64,000 nt of DNA from a virus (IMGVR_UViG_3300025435_000010:32001-96000), one strand, 5' to 3'; counted from the first letter of the stretch, positions 28,123 to 37,615 are shown. Translations and numbers: made by a program. The notes: a model not told the origin generated them from the letters alone.

Positions 28123-28959
28123 ATGAAAAAAACAAAACGCACTGCGAAAGCAGCCGCCGTTGTAACATCTAAAATTAATGATAATACATTAGTTAAGGAT
28201 AATTCACCCTATGTAGCCCAGAGAGAAAAAATTGATTTTACTCTTAATGTTCGAGAGCTTCCTTGGACAGATAAACAGAAAGAGATTATAAGTCTTTTTC
28301 TTGATAAGAATACAAAACTTATGATTCTCAAGGGACCAGCTGGTACATCGAAAACTATTCTGTCGATGTATCTCGGTTTACAGCTTCTGAATTTAAAGAA
28401 AGTATCTGATATTGTTCTTGTGCGTTCAGCGGTAGAGAGTTCAGATTCAAAGCTTGGTTATCTACCTGGTGATATTAATGAAAAGGTTAATGTTTATATG
28501 ACGCCATTTAATGAAAAATTTTCTGAACTCGTCACAGAGCCTCAAATTCATCGCTTACATAAAGATAATCGCATTACAATTTGCCCTATTAATTTTGCAC
28601 GCGGTCTTCACTTTGCTGTAAAGTTTGTATGTTGCGATGAGAGTCAAAATCTTACAATTCGTGAACTTCAGACACTCTTCACCCGTATGGGTGAATTCAG
28701 TAAAATGATTATATGCGGTGACCCAGATCAATCCGATTTACCATATGGTAAATCAGGCTTTAATACTGTATATAAGGCTTTTGATAATGACGATGCTAAA
28801 GCTCATGGTGTACATTGCGTAGAATTAACAGAGGACCATATTGTTCGCTCTGAGCTCTGCCGTTATGTTACCCATGTATTCAAGGGAATTATACCTATAA
28901 CAAATACAAAAGAAATAAATTCTAAAGAATACAGACCATCAGAGTTTAAATCTCATTAA
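28123..28959 (+). CDS. phoH: PhoH-like ATPase
   Basis: GPAGTSKT..LGYLPGD..FARG..DESQN..TRMGEFSK..GDPDQSD..IVRS. Confidence 0.93.
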   Translation: MKKTKRTAKAAAVVTSKINDNTLVKDNSPYVAQREKIDFTLNVRELPWTDKQKEIISLFLDKNTKLMILKGPAGTSKTILSMYLGLQLLNLKKVSDIVLVRSAVESSDSKLGYLPGDINEKVNVYMTPFNEKFSELVTEPQIHRLHKDNRITICPINFARGLHFAVKFVCCDESQNLTIRELQTLFTRMGEFSKMIICGDPDQSDLPYGKSGFNTVYKAFDNDDAKAHGVHCVELTEDHIVRSELCRYVTHVFKGIIPITNTKEINSKEYRPSEFKSH

Positions 28960-29350
28960 GAGCTTTTAGTTCTGCAAGTGCTCTAATAACTGCATCATTA
29001 GCTTGTTGTATATCGCTTGCAGATTGATCTTTTAATGTTGGTTTAAAATTAATATTTGTTTGACTATCAGACGTAAGTCCGTATTCTTGAGCTATTTTTG
29101 ACAATGTTATTTGTAATTGATCTACAAGGGGATCTGGCTGTCTCTCAATAAGAGCATCCATGCTTATATTAGCCGGTGATGCTGTTACTGCTACATGCCC
29201 GATTGGCTTAACTTGTGTATTATATATAGTTTCAAGTTTTTGATCATTATTAAAAAAAGAATCAACAAAATCAGGAGCTAACTTACCTTGAATTTTTAAA
29301 TGGTCTGATATTTCACCGCCATAAAGCTGGTGAGTAAACTCTGCGTTCAC
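28946..29350 (-). CDS. Hypothetical protein
   Basis: 134-aa ORF coupled to the queD stop. Confidence 0.55.
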   Translation of the reverse strand: MNAEFTHQLYGGEISDHLKIQGKLAPDFVDSFFNNDQKLETIYNTQVKPIGHVAVTASPANISMDALIERQPDPLVDQLQITLSKIAQEYGLTSDSQTNINFKPTLKDQSASDIQQANDAVIRALAELKALNEI

Positions 29351-30024
29351 CGACTTCCCCAGCTAATGTTATCAAATAACCCTGAATAACCATTTGTTAC
29401 ATTATTACGTAGTGGGACAGGCTGATTATTAGGTGTAGGGTTAGTTGTTGTTACAGTAGTTTGTGTGATTTGTTCAAGTTCCTCAACAGGGATATGTGTC
29501 GAAGCAGCTTGTTCGTTGACAGTTGTCGGTGTTTCGGTTATCTGTTTGTCAGAACTATTAACAATCGACCAAGCTGTTGTTCTGACTGATTCAGAATAAA
29601 TTGCTGAATTCGCTTCATGCTCAAATACTTCTACTTTTTCTACCCAACAACGATCACCATACTTTTCATTAAGATATGTTTGAGCTGCTTTGTAGCACCA
29701 TTCAGCTGTTTTTTCAATTCCAACAGCATCCATGACACGTAGATCGCATCCACCAGCATCATGTAATTGATGAAATAATGGTAATAATGGATCATCTTTT
29801 GAGATGCAAAGTGTATGATCGAATTGTTTATTAAGAATAGCTTTAAGGTCCTTTAATCCACCGAAATCAACTGACCAGTTATTACTGTCGAGTTCGCGAC
29901 ATTCAAAATGGAATTTTGCCTTAAGTTGATAACCGTGAACTAGATGACAATGACTATGGGTAGCTCCAAATTGTCTGAAGGCACAAGATCCAAGATCGAT
30001 AAGTTTAGTACTCTGATAACTCAT
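29347..30024 (-). CDS. queD: 6-carboxytetrahydropterin synthase QueD with low-complexity C-terminal extension
   Basis: SCAFRQ..SHCHLVHGY..VDFGGLK..FDHT..GIE..VEVFEHEANSAIY. Confidence 0.92.
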   Translation of the reverse strand: MSYQSTKLIDLGSCAFRQFGATHSHCHLVHGYQLKAKFHFECRELDSNNWSVDFGGLKDLKAILNKQFDHTLCISKDDPLLPLFHQLHDAGGCDLRVMDAVGIEKTAEWCYKAAQTYLNEKYGDRCWVEKVEVFEHEANSAIYSESVRTTAWSIVNSSDKQITETPTTVNEQAASTHIPVEELEQITQTTVTTTNPTPNNQPVPLRNNVTNGYSGLFDNISWGSR

Positions 30025-30030
30025 AAAGAT

Positions 30031-30058
30031 AGTATGACACGGAAAAGTTGAAAATCAA
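30031..30058 (-). promoter_or_regulatory. sigma70-like promoter, likely leaderless (queD)
   Basis: TTGATT-16-CATACT-6 nt-ATG. Confidence 0.6.
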
Positions 30059-30140
30059 CAGAAAAAGTTATTATTTGTCCACCGTTCCTCTTCTCAACTC
30101 CATATTCTCTATTAGTTATTCCGCGTGAAAAATAAATCAA

Positions 30141-30338
30141 CTAGGAGAGTAGCGTTTTCAATAAATTATTTACCCTCTGATTAAAACTTTCATGAGCGTG
30201 TTTGCTTATCTCAATGGCTGCAATACGTTTTTGAGCTTTTTCCTTAGATGATGAAGCCCCGGGTACTGTATGCATCTTACCGTTTTTCTTATAACGTACC
30301 TTATAACCTGCTTTGGATTTTTGTATATTATATGGCAT
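30141..30338 (-). CDS. Small basic hypothetical protein
   Basis: 65 aa, Lys-rich, at the end of a late-type transcription unit. Confidence 0.55.
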   Translation of the reverse strand: MPYNIQKSKAGYKVRYKKNGKMHTVPGASSSKEKAQKRIAAIEISKHAHESFNQRVNNLLKTLLS

Positions 30339-30341
30339 AAT

Positions 30342-31196
30342 TTATCGTCTTCTGTTAGGTGGTGTCCTATTAGTTAATGGATGAGATGGTAGTTTCATTT
30401 CTAATTCATCCTTTCTTGTTGGTGGTTTAACAGGTACACCTGTCTTTGTATGTGTAGCACCTTTTGTTACCGGTACAGCAGGGGTCATAACTTTAGGTGC
30501 CTGTTGTGTGGTATTAGTTGTTGATGCTGATTGTTGAGTAGCAGTAGTTTTTTGTACTTCAGGTGTTTTACCGGCTAAAAGATCTTGAACTACAGGGTCT
30601 TCTTTCTTACTATCCGCTTGTCGATAAAATAATGTAGAGTTTCTGCTAATATCTCTATCTGTAAGCCCTGGTACTGCTTTTTTGAGTGCCTTGTTGACAC
30701 CATTCATATCATTAGCAATGTCAATCTCACGCCTTTGATTTGCTGATAGCTTTGGATATTTTGTTTTAATAAATTCGCGGTACGGGTTTAAATATTTTTG
30801 TTTGAATTCATAGCTTTGACCGTATCTTCTAATAGCATTATCAATTCTTTCAGGTGTAGCAGCGATTGTCTTTCCTACACTTGCAACAGCTCCACCAATA
30901 TTCGTCACCGCACCACCAACTCTATTAGCTATAGCAGCACCTTGCGTACCTCCTAACGCGCCATAAACCTTCCCAGCACCTTGTATTGCTTTACCTGCTA
31001 GTTGTCCTAATTTACCTAATCCTTGAACTGCTCGACCTGGAGCCTGAGCAGCACCCTTTATAATACCTTTAGCTATTTTCTTACCGATGGGCTTTTTTGA
31101 AGCTGCATCAGATGCGCGCTTTGCAGCATTCATATAATCGGATAACGTACCTTCATTTAAAGCAAGTTTTGCTAAATTATTAAAATTATTATTCAT
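30342..31196 (-). CDS. Putative internal head protein (basic, Ala/Gly-rich)
   Basis: Start likely MNNNFNNLAKLALNE|G, resembling a prohead-protease-cleaved leader. Confidence 0.5.
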   Translation of the reverse strand: MNNNFNNLAKLALNEGTLSDYMNAAKRASDAASKKPIGKKIAKGIIKGAAQAPGRAVQGLGKLGQLAGKAIQGAGKVYGALGGTQGAAIANRVGGAVTNIGGAVASVGKTIAATPERIDNAIRRYGQSYEFKQKYLNPYREFIKTKYPKLSANQRREIDIANDMNGVNKALKKAVPGLTDRDISRNSTLFYRQADSKKEDPVVQDLLAGKTPEVQKTTATQQSASTTNTTQQAPKVMTPAVPVTKGATHTKTGVPVKPPTRKDELEMKLPSHPLTNRTPPNRRR

Positions 31197-31617
31197 TGGC
31201 AATATAATATTTATAGAGATTTGTAATATCTTCATCCGTTAAACCTCTATCTTTTAGAAAGACCTCTACGTCATCAATGGATTCAGCTGCTTGAAGAATT
31301 TGTAATAAAGGATCATCTATTGTTACATCAAGAGCTAGTAAGATAAATTCCTTTAAACCGTTGAGATTATTATTAATATTGGCAAGTCTTTCAAGATGCT
31401 CATTCGGAATATCCATTACTGACATATTACCTTCATGATCTGGTACTACAACGAGTACTTTTGTAAATTCTTGATCTTCAGCTAAAACATATCCTTCATA
31501 ACCATTACAGTTTGAAAGATCAGCACTTTGACTGACGCTAATAGGGTCAACTTTGATACGTACTTTTTTTAAAGTTACCTTCTGTAAACTCTCTAAAATG
31601 ACTTGATTATACTTCAT
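31189..31617 (-). CDS. Hypothetical late protein
   Basis: MKYNQVILE|S leader; TAAATA 6 nt before ATG. Confidence 0.55.
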   Translation of the reverse strand: MKYNQVILESLQKVTLKKVRIKVDPISVSQSADLSNCNGYEGYVLAEDQEFTKVLVVVPDHEGNMSVMDIPNEHLERLANINNNLNGLKEFILLALDVTIDDPLLQILQAAESIDDVEVFLKDRGLTDEDITNLYKYYIANE

Positions 31618-31631
31618 CCTTATTATTTATG

Positions 31632-31659
31632 TTGAATTAAGCTAAGTCGCTAGTATAAT
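31632..31659 (+). promoter_or_regulatory. sigma70-like promoter, likely leaderless (folE)
   Basis: TTGAAT-16-TATAAT-6 nt-ATG. Confidence 0.7.
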
Positions 31660-31665
31660 AAGCAT

Positions 31666-32316
31666 ATGTCTGAATATACAAAAGAGTATAAACTTAAATT
31701 TGCTAACGGAAATCATCCTCATTCATCTGAAGAGAGACAAGCTATTATCGATAACGCTTCAAAAGCATATGAAGCCTATCTAGACGCTCTTGGCTTTGAT
31801 TGGCGTAACGATCCAAACAGTACCGGTACACCATTGAGAGTAGCTAAAGCATTCGTCAATGATCTTGCAAGTGGTTGTTATGATAACCCTCCGAAGATTA
31901 CATCATTTCCTAGTAATGGATATGATGGAATGGTGTTTCAAGGTGGTATCCCTGTAAAGTCACTCTGTAGCCATCATCACCTTGCTTTTACCGGTGTCGC
32001 ACACGTTGCTTATATACCCTCTGCTGAGGGTCGAGTAATCGGGCTATCGAAGCTTAATCGAATTGTAGAATTTTATGCCCGTCGTCCACAAATTCAGGAA
32101 GGTCTCACAGTGCAGATTCATGATGCTATTAATGGCGTATGTGAGTTGAATAAGGGTGTTGCTGTCATGGTTAGCGCTACGCATACCTGTGCATGTCTTC
32201 GTGGTGTAAAACACGATGGATGTGAAATGAAGACCTCAAAACTTAGTGGAGACTTCTTAGAGGATGGTGCTACAAGAGCTGAATTTTATAACTTTGTAGC
32301 TAATATGAAGAGCTAA
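31666..32316 (+). CDS. folE: GTP cyclohydrolase I FolE
   Basis: TPLRVAK..SLCSHH..GLSKLNRIV..RPQIQE..HTCACLRGV. Confidence 0.96.
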   Translation: MSEYTKEYKLKFANGNHPHSSEERQAIIDNASKAYEAYLDALGFDWRNDPNSTGTPLRVAKAFVNDLASGCYDNPPKITSFPSNGYDGMVFQGGIPVKSLCSHHHLAFTGVAHVAYIPSAEGRVIGLSKLNRIVEFYARRPQIQEGLTVQIHDAINGVCELNKGVAVMVSATHTCACLRGVKHDGCEMKTSKLSGDFLEDGATRAEFYNFVANMKS

Positions 32317-32723
32317 ACGCCTCTCTTAACATCTACCAAAGCGTTGAGCCGTCTAATAAACGGCTCTCCTATTAATACTTGCTGTTCATTCTCAGCACGA
32401 TCAGCAATACTAAATGTTACATCATTGTAACTTTTGTTGTTTAAAACAATATTAAGTACAACCGTTGGGCGGCTTTCGATGTTACCGCTACCAATATTAA
32501 TATCAATACTGCCAGTACGAGGGAGTGTAATTTTTTTATCATTGATGGTGGTAAAGGTTATGGTATCATCACCATTGTCATCAATATCTACACCGTGTAG
32601 TACATTGTAGGCTTCATTTCCACTATCTATTTTTGCGACAACAGATCCAATCCCATCTATTGTTATATATTCTGTAACACCGAGAATAGGTCTATTTTGT
32701 GTAAAATCTTTAAATGTTTTCAT
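32313..32723 (-). CDS. Retropepsin-like aspartic protease (RimK-associated type)
   Basis: ILGVTE..AKIDSG..RPTV..FSIADR..VLIG; leader MKTFKDF. Confidence 0.75.
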   Translation of the reverse strand: MKTFKDFTQNRPILGVTEYITIDGIGSVVAKIDSGNEAYNVLHGVDIDDNGDDTITFTTINDKKITLPRTGSIDINIGSGNIESRPTVVLNIVLNNKSYNDVTFSIADRAENEQQVLIGEPFIRRLNALVDVKRGV

Positions 32724-32727
32724 AAAA

Positions 32728-32976
32728 TTATTTTTTCTTCCAAGATATTCGTTTAGAACTTCTTTTAAGTCTCTTCCTACTATTACACATGCTCATTGTC
32801 GGTCTACAGGCTGGGTAACCTCTACGTTTTTCTCCTTTTTGTCTACCACACGCCTTACCTGTCTTACAGTCAACCCATCCTTTACCGTGATTACGTGTGA
32901 ACCATCCATGAAGACCTTGTTTTTTCTCTTTCTCAAATCCTTCTAGGATAAAATTAACTAAAGAGTCAAATTTCAT
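32728..32976 (-). CDS. Small basic Cys-containing phage protein
   Basis: GLHGWF..WVDCKTGKACGR..YPACRP; leader MKFDSLVNFILE|G. Confidence 0.65.
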   Translation of the reverse strand: MKFDSLVNFILEGFEKEKKQGLHGWFTRNHGKGWVDCKTGKACGRQKGEKRRGYPACRPTMSMCNSRKRLKRSSKRISWKKK

Positions 32977-33125
32977 TTTTTCTTCCAGATTTTACCTTGA
33001 CGGCACTTTACTACTGCTCCAGATTTATAAGCAGATGTCTTTTTACCATATACAGAATCAGCTCTGCGTAAGCAGCGATCGCGTTTAACTTTTTCTTCAG
33101 TTAAGAATTGCTTAAAGGTTAACAT
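32973..33125 (-). CDS. Small basic protein, 50 aa (below ORF-track cutoff)
   Basis: Manual translation MLTFKQFLTEEKVKRDRCLRRADSVYGKKTSAYKSGAVVKCRQGKIWKKK; overlaps both neighbours (ATGA overlap with the downstream gene). Confidence 0.75.
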   Translation of the reverse strand: MLTFKQFLTEEKVKRDRCLRRADSVYGKKTSAYKSGAVVKCRQGKIWKKK

Positions 33126-33427
33126 TTCCATCTCCTTCTTGCAGCGCATCCTCTTGTCTTTTTACCAGCGCATCCGCCAGCAGGAATCCAAGCAGAACTT
33201 CTAGCACAAAAGCTTTTTCTACGTTTTGCAGCCTTGGATCCCTTCTTCGCCTTCCCAGTGACTGGCGCTTTAAGATGAGAGCCTGTAGCGCGATTGTACT
33301 TAGCTCTACCCTTAGCTGTTAGACCACCCCCGCGACTAACAGGCAGTTTTTCACCGCGCTTAATAGATAAGCTAGGTCCACCTTCTTCAAGTACTTGTAT
33401 AAAACGTGATTCGAACAAACATTGCAT
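33119..33427 (-). CDS. Small basic phage protein (DUF6321-like)
   Basis: GGLTAKGRAKYNRATGSHLKAPV..RRKSFCARS..RRWKC; TAAATA 5 nt before ATG. Confidence 0.7.
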   Translation of the reverse strand: MQCLFESRFIQVLEEGGPSLSIKRGEKLPVSRGGGLTAKGRAKYNRATGSHLKAPVTGKAKKGSKAAKRRKSFCARSSAWIPAGGCAGKKTRGCAARRRWKC

Positions 33428-33462
33428 AATAATATTTAATGTGAGAGAATAAATATTTACGT

Positions 33463-34104
33463 ATGCGTAGCTATATTGACGATCTTAATGCACTTTATAA
33501 CACAAAAATTTTCTTAAAGGAAAGTGCTGACCTTGGACCAGAAGGTATTGGACTGCCTTACGGTGAATATTCAGAGGAATGCGATGATTGTAAGAATGGC
33601 GCGCCGATGAGAAAGTGTTTAAAGTGTAAGATGCCTGCAACAGAGTGCGATTGCGATGAGGAAGAAGTTGCAAGTGAGGATGAAATCATCTTTTCAAGAG
33701 AACATCCGCACGGTGAAGAGGATGATTTTGCAGAAACAGGTGAACATCCTGAACATAAAGCTTCTAATATGGTAAAGCAGAATTTATATAGAATCACAAA
33801 AATGGCTGCTATGTTATATGATATTATTCCTGATGATGAAAATATCGAACCATGGGTGGCAGATAAGCTAAGTAAAGCGACAGACAATATTAATAGTGTT
33901 CTTGGTTTTAAGGACTACGAAGAATATAAGAGACGCGTAGATCATGATATTGAAATTGAAGAAAAGACAGAACAGGATCTCTATAAAAGCATAGATGACG
34001 GCGGTGAATCTTTAATTAGTAAAATTAAAGAAATTATGCGTGGACAGCCAAGAGATAGAGTTGAAGATGCTGTCTACGGTATGATCAAAACACTTGAAGC
34101 TTAA
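33463..34104 (+). CDS. Acidic hypothetical late protein (putative internal head protein)
   Basis: Acidic, Cys cluster, IEPWVADKL; TAAATA 7 nt before ATG. Confidence 0.6.
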   Translation: MRSYIDDLNALYNTKIFLKESADLGPEGIGLPYGEYSEECDDCKNGAPMRKCLKCKMPATECDCDEEEVASEDEIIFSREHPHGEEDDFAETGEHPEHKASNMVKQNLYRITKMAAMLYDIIPDDENIEPWVADKLSKATDNINSVLGFKDYEEYKRRVDHDIEIEEKTEQDLYKSIDDGGESLISKIKEIMRGQPRDRVEDAVYGMIKTLEA

Positions 34105-34745
34105 GGTTTCTTTTTGCGCGGTATAGCAGGTTTATAATTCTGCTTAATGTCGTTGAATAAAATTTGTGCCTGATCATCAGGCATACCCGTCGGTAATATT
34201 TTTCTAAAATTTACAAAATCGTTATTTAAAACATACTCACGAGCCTTTGTACCGCTAATACCTGATACATCATCACTATCAGGATCGCGTTCACCAGCAG
34301 ACTCAACTCTAAGGCTTGTATATCCAAGACGTTTTTCTAAATCTGGATGATCTTTATATGGCTCAAACAGTGATGTATAATTAGCAACGCGATCGCTTCC
34401 GCATACAAGCACTAGATCTGTGTATCCCTTACCTACAAGATATTTAACAGCATCAAATATTGATATAATTGATTCGTCATCAATAAAGTTAATTTTTGGT
34501 AGAGCTTTATCTAAAGCTGTTAATTTATTATTATAAGAAATTGGATTTTTTTTAGGATCGTTACTTCTCGATAAAATAATAAAACTCTCTCTGTGTTCAG
34601 CTCTTGCTATCTCTATAACTTTTGAAATTAACTTTTCATGACCCAGTGTAGGTGGATTCATTCTACCAAAAGTAAAGACTGCACGTCCATTGTTTGTAGG
34701 CTTAATATCTCTAATAATATTTTCTACGACAATATTAAATTTCAT
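34101..34745 (-). CDS. HxGH-class nucleotidyltransferase (NMNAT/PPAT/cytidyltransferase-like)
   Basis: VFTFGRMNPPTLGHEKLI..KNP..VCGSDR..SAGERDPD..ISGTKAR. Confidence 0.85.
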   Translation of the reverse strand: MKFNIVVENIIRDIKPTNNGRAVFTFGRMNPPTLGHEKLISKVIEIARAEHRESFIILSRSNDPKKNPISYNNKLTALDKALPKINFIDDESIISIFDAVKYLVGKGYTDLVLVCGSDRVANYTSLFEPYKDHPDLEKRLGYTSLRVESAGERDPDSDDVSGISGTKAREYVLNNDFVNFRKILPTGMPDDQAQILFNDIKQNYKPAIPRKKKP

Positions 34746-34746
34746 A

Positions 34747-35856
34747 TTACATTCCTTGGTAATCTAAATGTCTGCCGCCCTGGTCGCCCATAACAGTGTT
34801 AATATAACTATGACCATTTTTTTCATTATCGTAGTTCATATTATCATTATCAAAATACCATTCAGCATCATTAATATTGCTAGCACCCTCTAGCTCTTCT
34901 TCATCTTCTTTATGTGCACCAAATTTTGCGCCCATAAAGTGAGGACTATTAACCTTAAACATTAAATTACCAGCCTTTATAACATACCCTTCAATATCAC
35001 CAAGCAGTCCTTCAGTCTTAAGAAGATTATTAACAATCTTGGTATATATTTCCTTTTGTATGGGTAATAATCTTTCTTGAATTTGAGCAGTAAGTGTACG
35101 TCTATGGCTTACAAGTGCATTTCTACCAGCACCGCCTGCTGTAATTTTTTCCTTAACTTGTTCTAATTCTTGTTCAATTTTTAAAATCTGATTGAATGCT
35201 TTTTGTGCCTTGAGAACCTCTGGTCTAAGATCAATTGAATGAAATAAATCAACATTTGGTAAAATAAATTTTACTTCTTTATCATTGATAGCAATTAATT
35301 TTTTTCTAATAGAGTCGACATTAACACCTTCTTCTGCTTGAATGCTAATGACAATAAATGTTGACCATGCACCGAGTTTTTCTTTATTATACTGAGCTAC
35401 AACAAAGCTTACTTTACCCGATGTTGGATCTGCCTCTAAAGCATTAGGTGAATAAAGCCATTCAAGCTGTACAGTGACATTATGTTTACCTATAATAGGT
35501 AATACAAGGTGCTTGATACGGTCAAAGCTATTTACAAACGCCTCTCTTGCAGGTAGATATTTTATGGCAGTTGCAAAGCCTTCAGGTTCATATACTTTAC
35601 CAGAATAGCTAGAACGTACAAAGAAGCCGTGTTCATCGTTACCCACTTTAAGAGCCATTCCATCAACTTTTTCTGTTACTGTTGAATTTTCAGGAGTAAT
35701 TTGACCTTTGTTTTGCTGTAAAAAGGTAATAAATTGCTTAAAATTTTCCGGTGACATCGAATAAAGTTCTGGTTTATTCTGTGAATAGAGATGCTGTATA
35801 CCAATACGATCACCTTCTTTAGTAGCTTCTGTAATAAATTGTTTAAACGTTATCAT
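34747..35856 (-). CDS. ATP-dependent ligase-superfamily nucleotidyltransferase (RNA ligase-like)
   Basis: Motif I TEKVDG, III QLEW, IIIa TFIV, IV IEGYVIK, V MFKV; leader MITFKQFITE|A. Confidence 0.65.
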   Translation of the reverse strand: MITFKQFITEATKEGDRIGIQHLYSQNKPELYSMSPENFKQFITFLQQNKGQITPENSTVTEKVDGMALKVGNDEHGFFVRSSYSGKVYEPEGFATAIKYLPAREAFVNSFDRIKHLVLPIIGKHNVTVQLEWLYSPNALEADPTSGKVSFVVAQYNKEKLGAWSTFIVISIQAEEGVNVDSIRKKLIAINDKEVKFILPNVDLFHSIDLRPEVLKAQKAFNQILKIEQELEQVKEKITAGGAGRNALVSHRRTLTAQIQERLLPIQKEIYTKIVNNLLKTEGLLGDIEGYVIKAGNLMFKVNSPHFMGAKFGAHKEDEEELEGASNINDAEWYFDNDNMNYDNEKNGHSYINTVMGDQGGRHLDYQGM

Positions 35857-36548
35857 ATAAATGTATGCCCGGTTGTAGCTTCAGCATCTTGAACAATTTC
35901 TTTTGCCTTTTCAGCTCCGTATATCCAAATAAGCTTTCGAACTATTGCCTGTACATTATTTAGATCATTAGCTGTTGCTTTCTTGTTAAAAATAGTTTTA
36001 GCAATAGTATCAGGATCTTTTGTAATAATTTGTTTTGTATTCCTATCTACTAAACCATTTATTGATAATGAATAACCCTTATTCTTTGCTACAGCTGAGA
36101 GAAGTATATTGCGGTCCTTACCTTTAAACGGTGCCGTTTCATTTGAAGCATAGAACCATTTTAGGTAATCAGGATCATCACTAAACATAAAATCAACCTG
36201 AACATGTTTTTTTGTAACATTACCTTGTTTATCCCAGATAGGTGAAAGAAAATGTACAGATATTCCCGACTTTTTTGTACCAATAGTATCTACACTATGT
36301 TGTTTCCAATAAGCTTGTAATTTATTTTCAAGTTCTGTTTTATTTACTGTTTTTGAATCAACTACAAGATCAATATCACCTGAATCAGCCGCTTTACCTG
36401 TTGAACCTAACATATTATCTTTAAGAGGCAGACCTGTAATTTCCTCGAGCTTGTGTACAGTAGACGCAACATCCTCACGTGTAATACGACATGTATTACT
36501 AAAAACATTACCCCCCTCTTTAAGAAAATATTCTTTAAATGTTAGCAT
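35853..36548 (-). CDS. Pol-beta-superfamily nucleotidyltransferase
   Basis: LGSTGK..SGDIDLVV (GS + DxD), third acidic residue in VQVDFM; leader MLTFKEYFLKE|G. Confidence 0.75.
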   Translation of the reverse strand: MLTFKEYFLKEGGNVFSNTCRITREDVASTVHKLEEITGLPLKDNMLGSTGKAADSGDIDLVVDSKTVNKTELENKLQAYWKQHSVDTIGTKKSGISVHFLSPIWDKQGNVTKKHVQVDFMFSDDPDYLKWFYASNETAPFKGKDRNILLSAVAKNKGYSLSINGLVDRNTKQIITKDPDTIAKTIFNKKATANDLNNVQAIVRKLIWIYGAEKAKEIVQDAEATTGHTFI

Positions 36549-36984
36549 CTTTGATATATGGATCTTGCTTTTTCATTGCAGCAAGTATATGTTTATATTT
36601 GTTAATAAAGTTACTCGTATTAATACTGCTAATGTATTGCTTAACGTTTATATTATCTAAACGCTCAGGATTATCAGCGTACATTTCATTCTGTTTAATA
36701 GCAGCTTCTAAAGCTGTTTGTACAGGAAAAGCATTCTCAGCAGTAATTTCTGTTCTAAAAATTTCATCTAAAGCACCTGCCGGAAAAGACATCGCAGTCG
36801 CTTTCGCAAGTAACTTTACAAGACCAACATACCCTTCAGGTGCAACTGGAGCAAGTTCATTAGCTACCGGTTCAGGTGTTGCGTTAGGATCCGGAGCAGT
36901 GGCATCTTGTGTTGTATCTGGCGCTGTTTCTCCATCTTCGCTTATTATACTCCACTGCTCATTAATTTTATCAAGAAATTTCAT
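36535..36984 (-). CDS. Hypothetical late protein
   Basis: First gene of the NTase operon; TAAATA 6 nt before ATG. Confidence 0.6.
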   Translation of the reverse strand: MKFLDKINEQWSIISEDGETAPDTTQDATAPDPNATPEPVANELAPVAPEGYVGLVKLLAKATAMSFPAGALDEIFRTEITAENAFPVQTALEAAIKQNEMYADNPERLDNINVKQYISSINTSNFINKYKHILAAMKKQDPYIKDANI

Positions 36985-37000
36985 TGTAAGTATTTAATAC

Positions 37001-37615
37001 TTATATGAAGAGAAGTTGCTTTGTTTTGAGTTGATTAAAATACTTCTCACTAAGAAATGTAAGATTATTTCGCTTAGCAAAGCTTTTTACCCTAGCAAAA
37101 GTGTAGTGTGATCTCATAAAGTCTTTATTCCATAAAAAATTACGTAACCGTTCAATAAGTTCAACAGCATTACCGTCACGCTTATCATATGCTTCTTTAA
37201 GTTGACTAAATTTAATATCATGCTTATTGTATAATTTACGTAGCATCTCAAAATTTGAATCCTTTGTATAACCATAAATGCTTATAGGTAATAATTTTGC
37301 AATTTGTATAACTACTTGATCGATATGTTTTTGTATATCGTTTTCTTTAAAATATTGCAGCATTAATAATGCATCTGTACAATTTGTTTTAAGTATAATT
37401 ACTCTTTCTTTTGTTTTAAGAGCTAAAAGATATTCACAAAGACCGTGAAAGATATGATGATATAAGAGTTTCTTTATATCTCTGTTAATTATTTTGGAAT
37501 TTAAAAGCTGATATTTTGAAAGATCATTAATCAGATCAATTTCTATAGATCTATAGATAGAAGTAAAATCTATAAGTTGTAAATTAAACTGTTTAAAGGT
37601 ACAACTCTCAATCAC
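37001..37615 (-). CDS. Hypothetical protein
   Basis: 204 aa, GTG start with own sigma70-like promoter. Confidence 0.55.
   Translation of the reverse strand: MIESCTFKQFNLQLIDFTSIYRSIEIDLINDLSKYQLLNSKIINRDIKKLLYHHIFHGLCEYLLALKTKERVIILKTNCTDALLMLQYFKENDIQKHIDQVVIQIAKLLPISIYGYTKDSNFEMLRKLYNKHDIKFSQLKEAYDKRDGNAVELIERLRNFLWNKDFMRSHYTFARVKSFAKRNNLTFLSEKYFNQLKTKQLLFI

Noticed and set aside
30025-30140. preQ1 riboswitch upstream of queD
   Set aside because: No preQ1-I stem, loop and A-rich tail pattern, and queD's promoter leaves essentially no leader.
37001-37615. Degenerate T4 RNase H-like protein
   Set aside because: Only a faint N-terminal resemblance (LIDF), with no recognisable acidic catalytic motifs; left as hypothetical.
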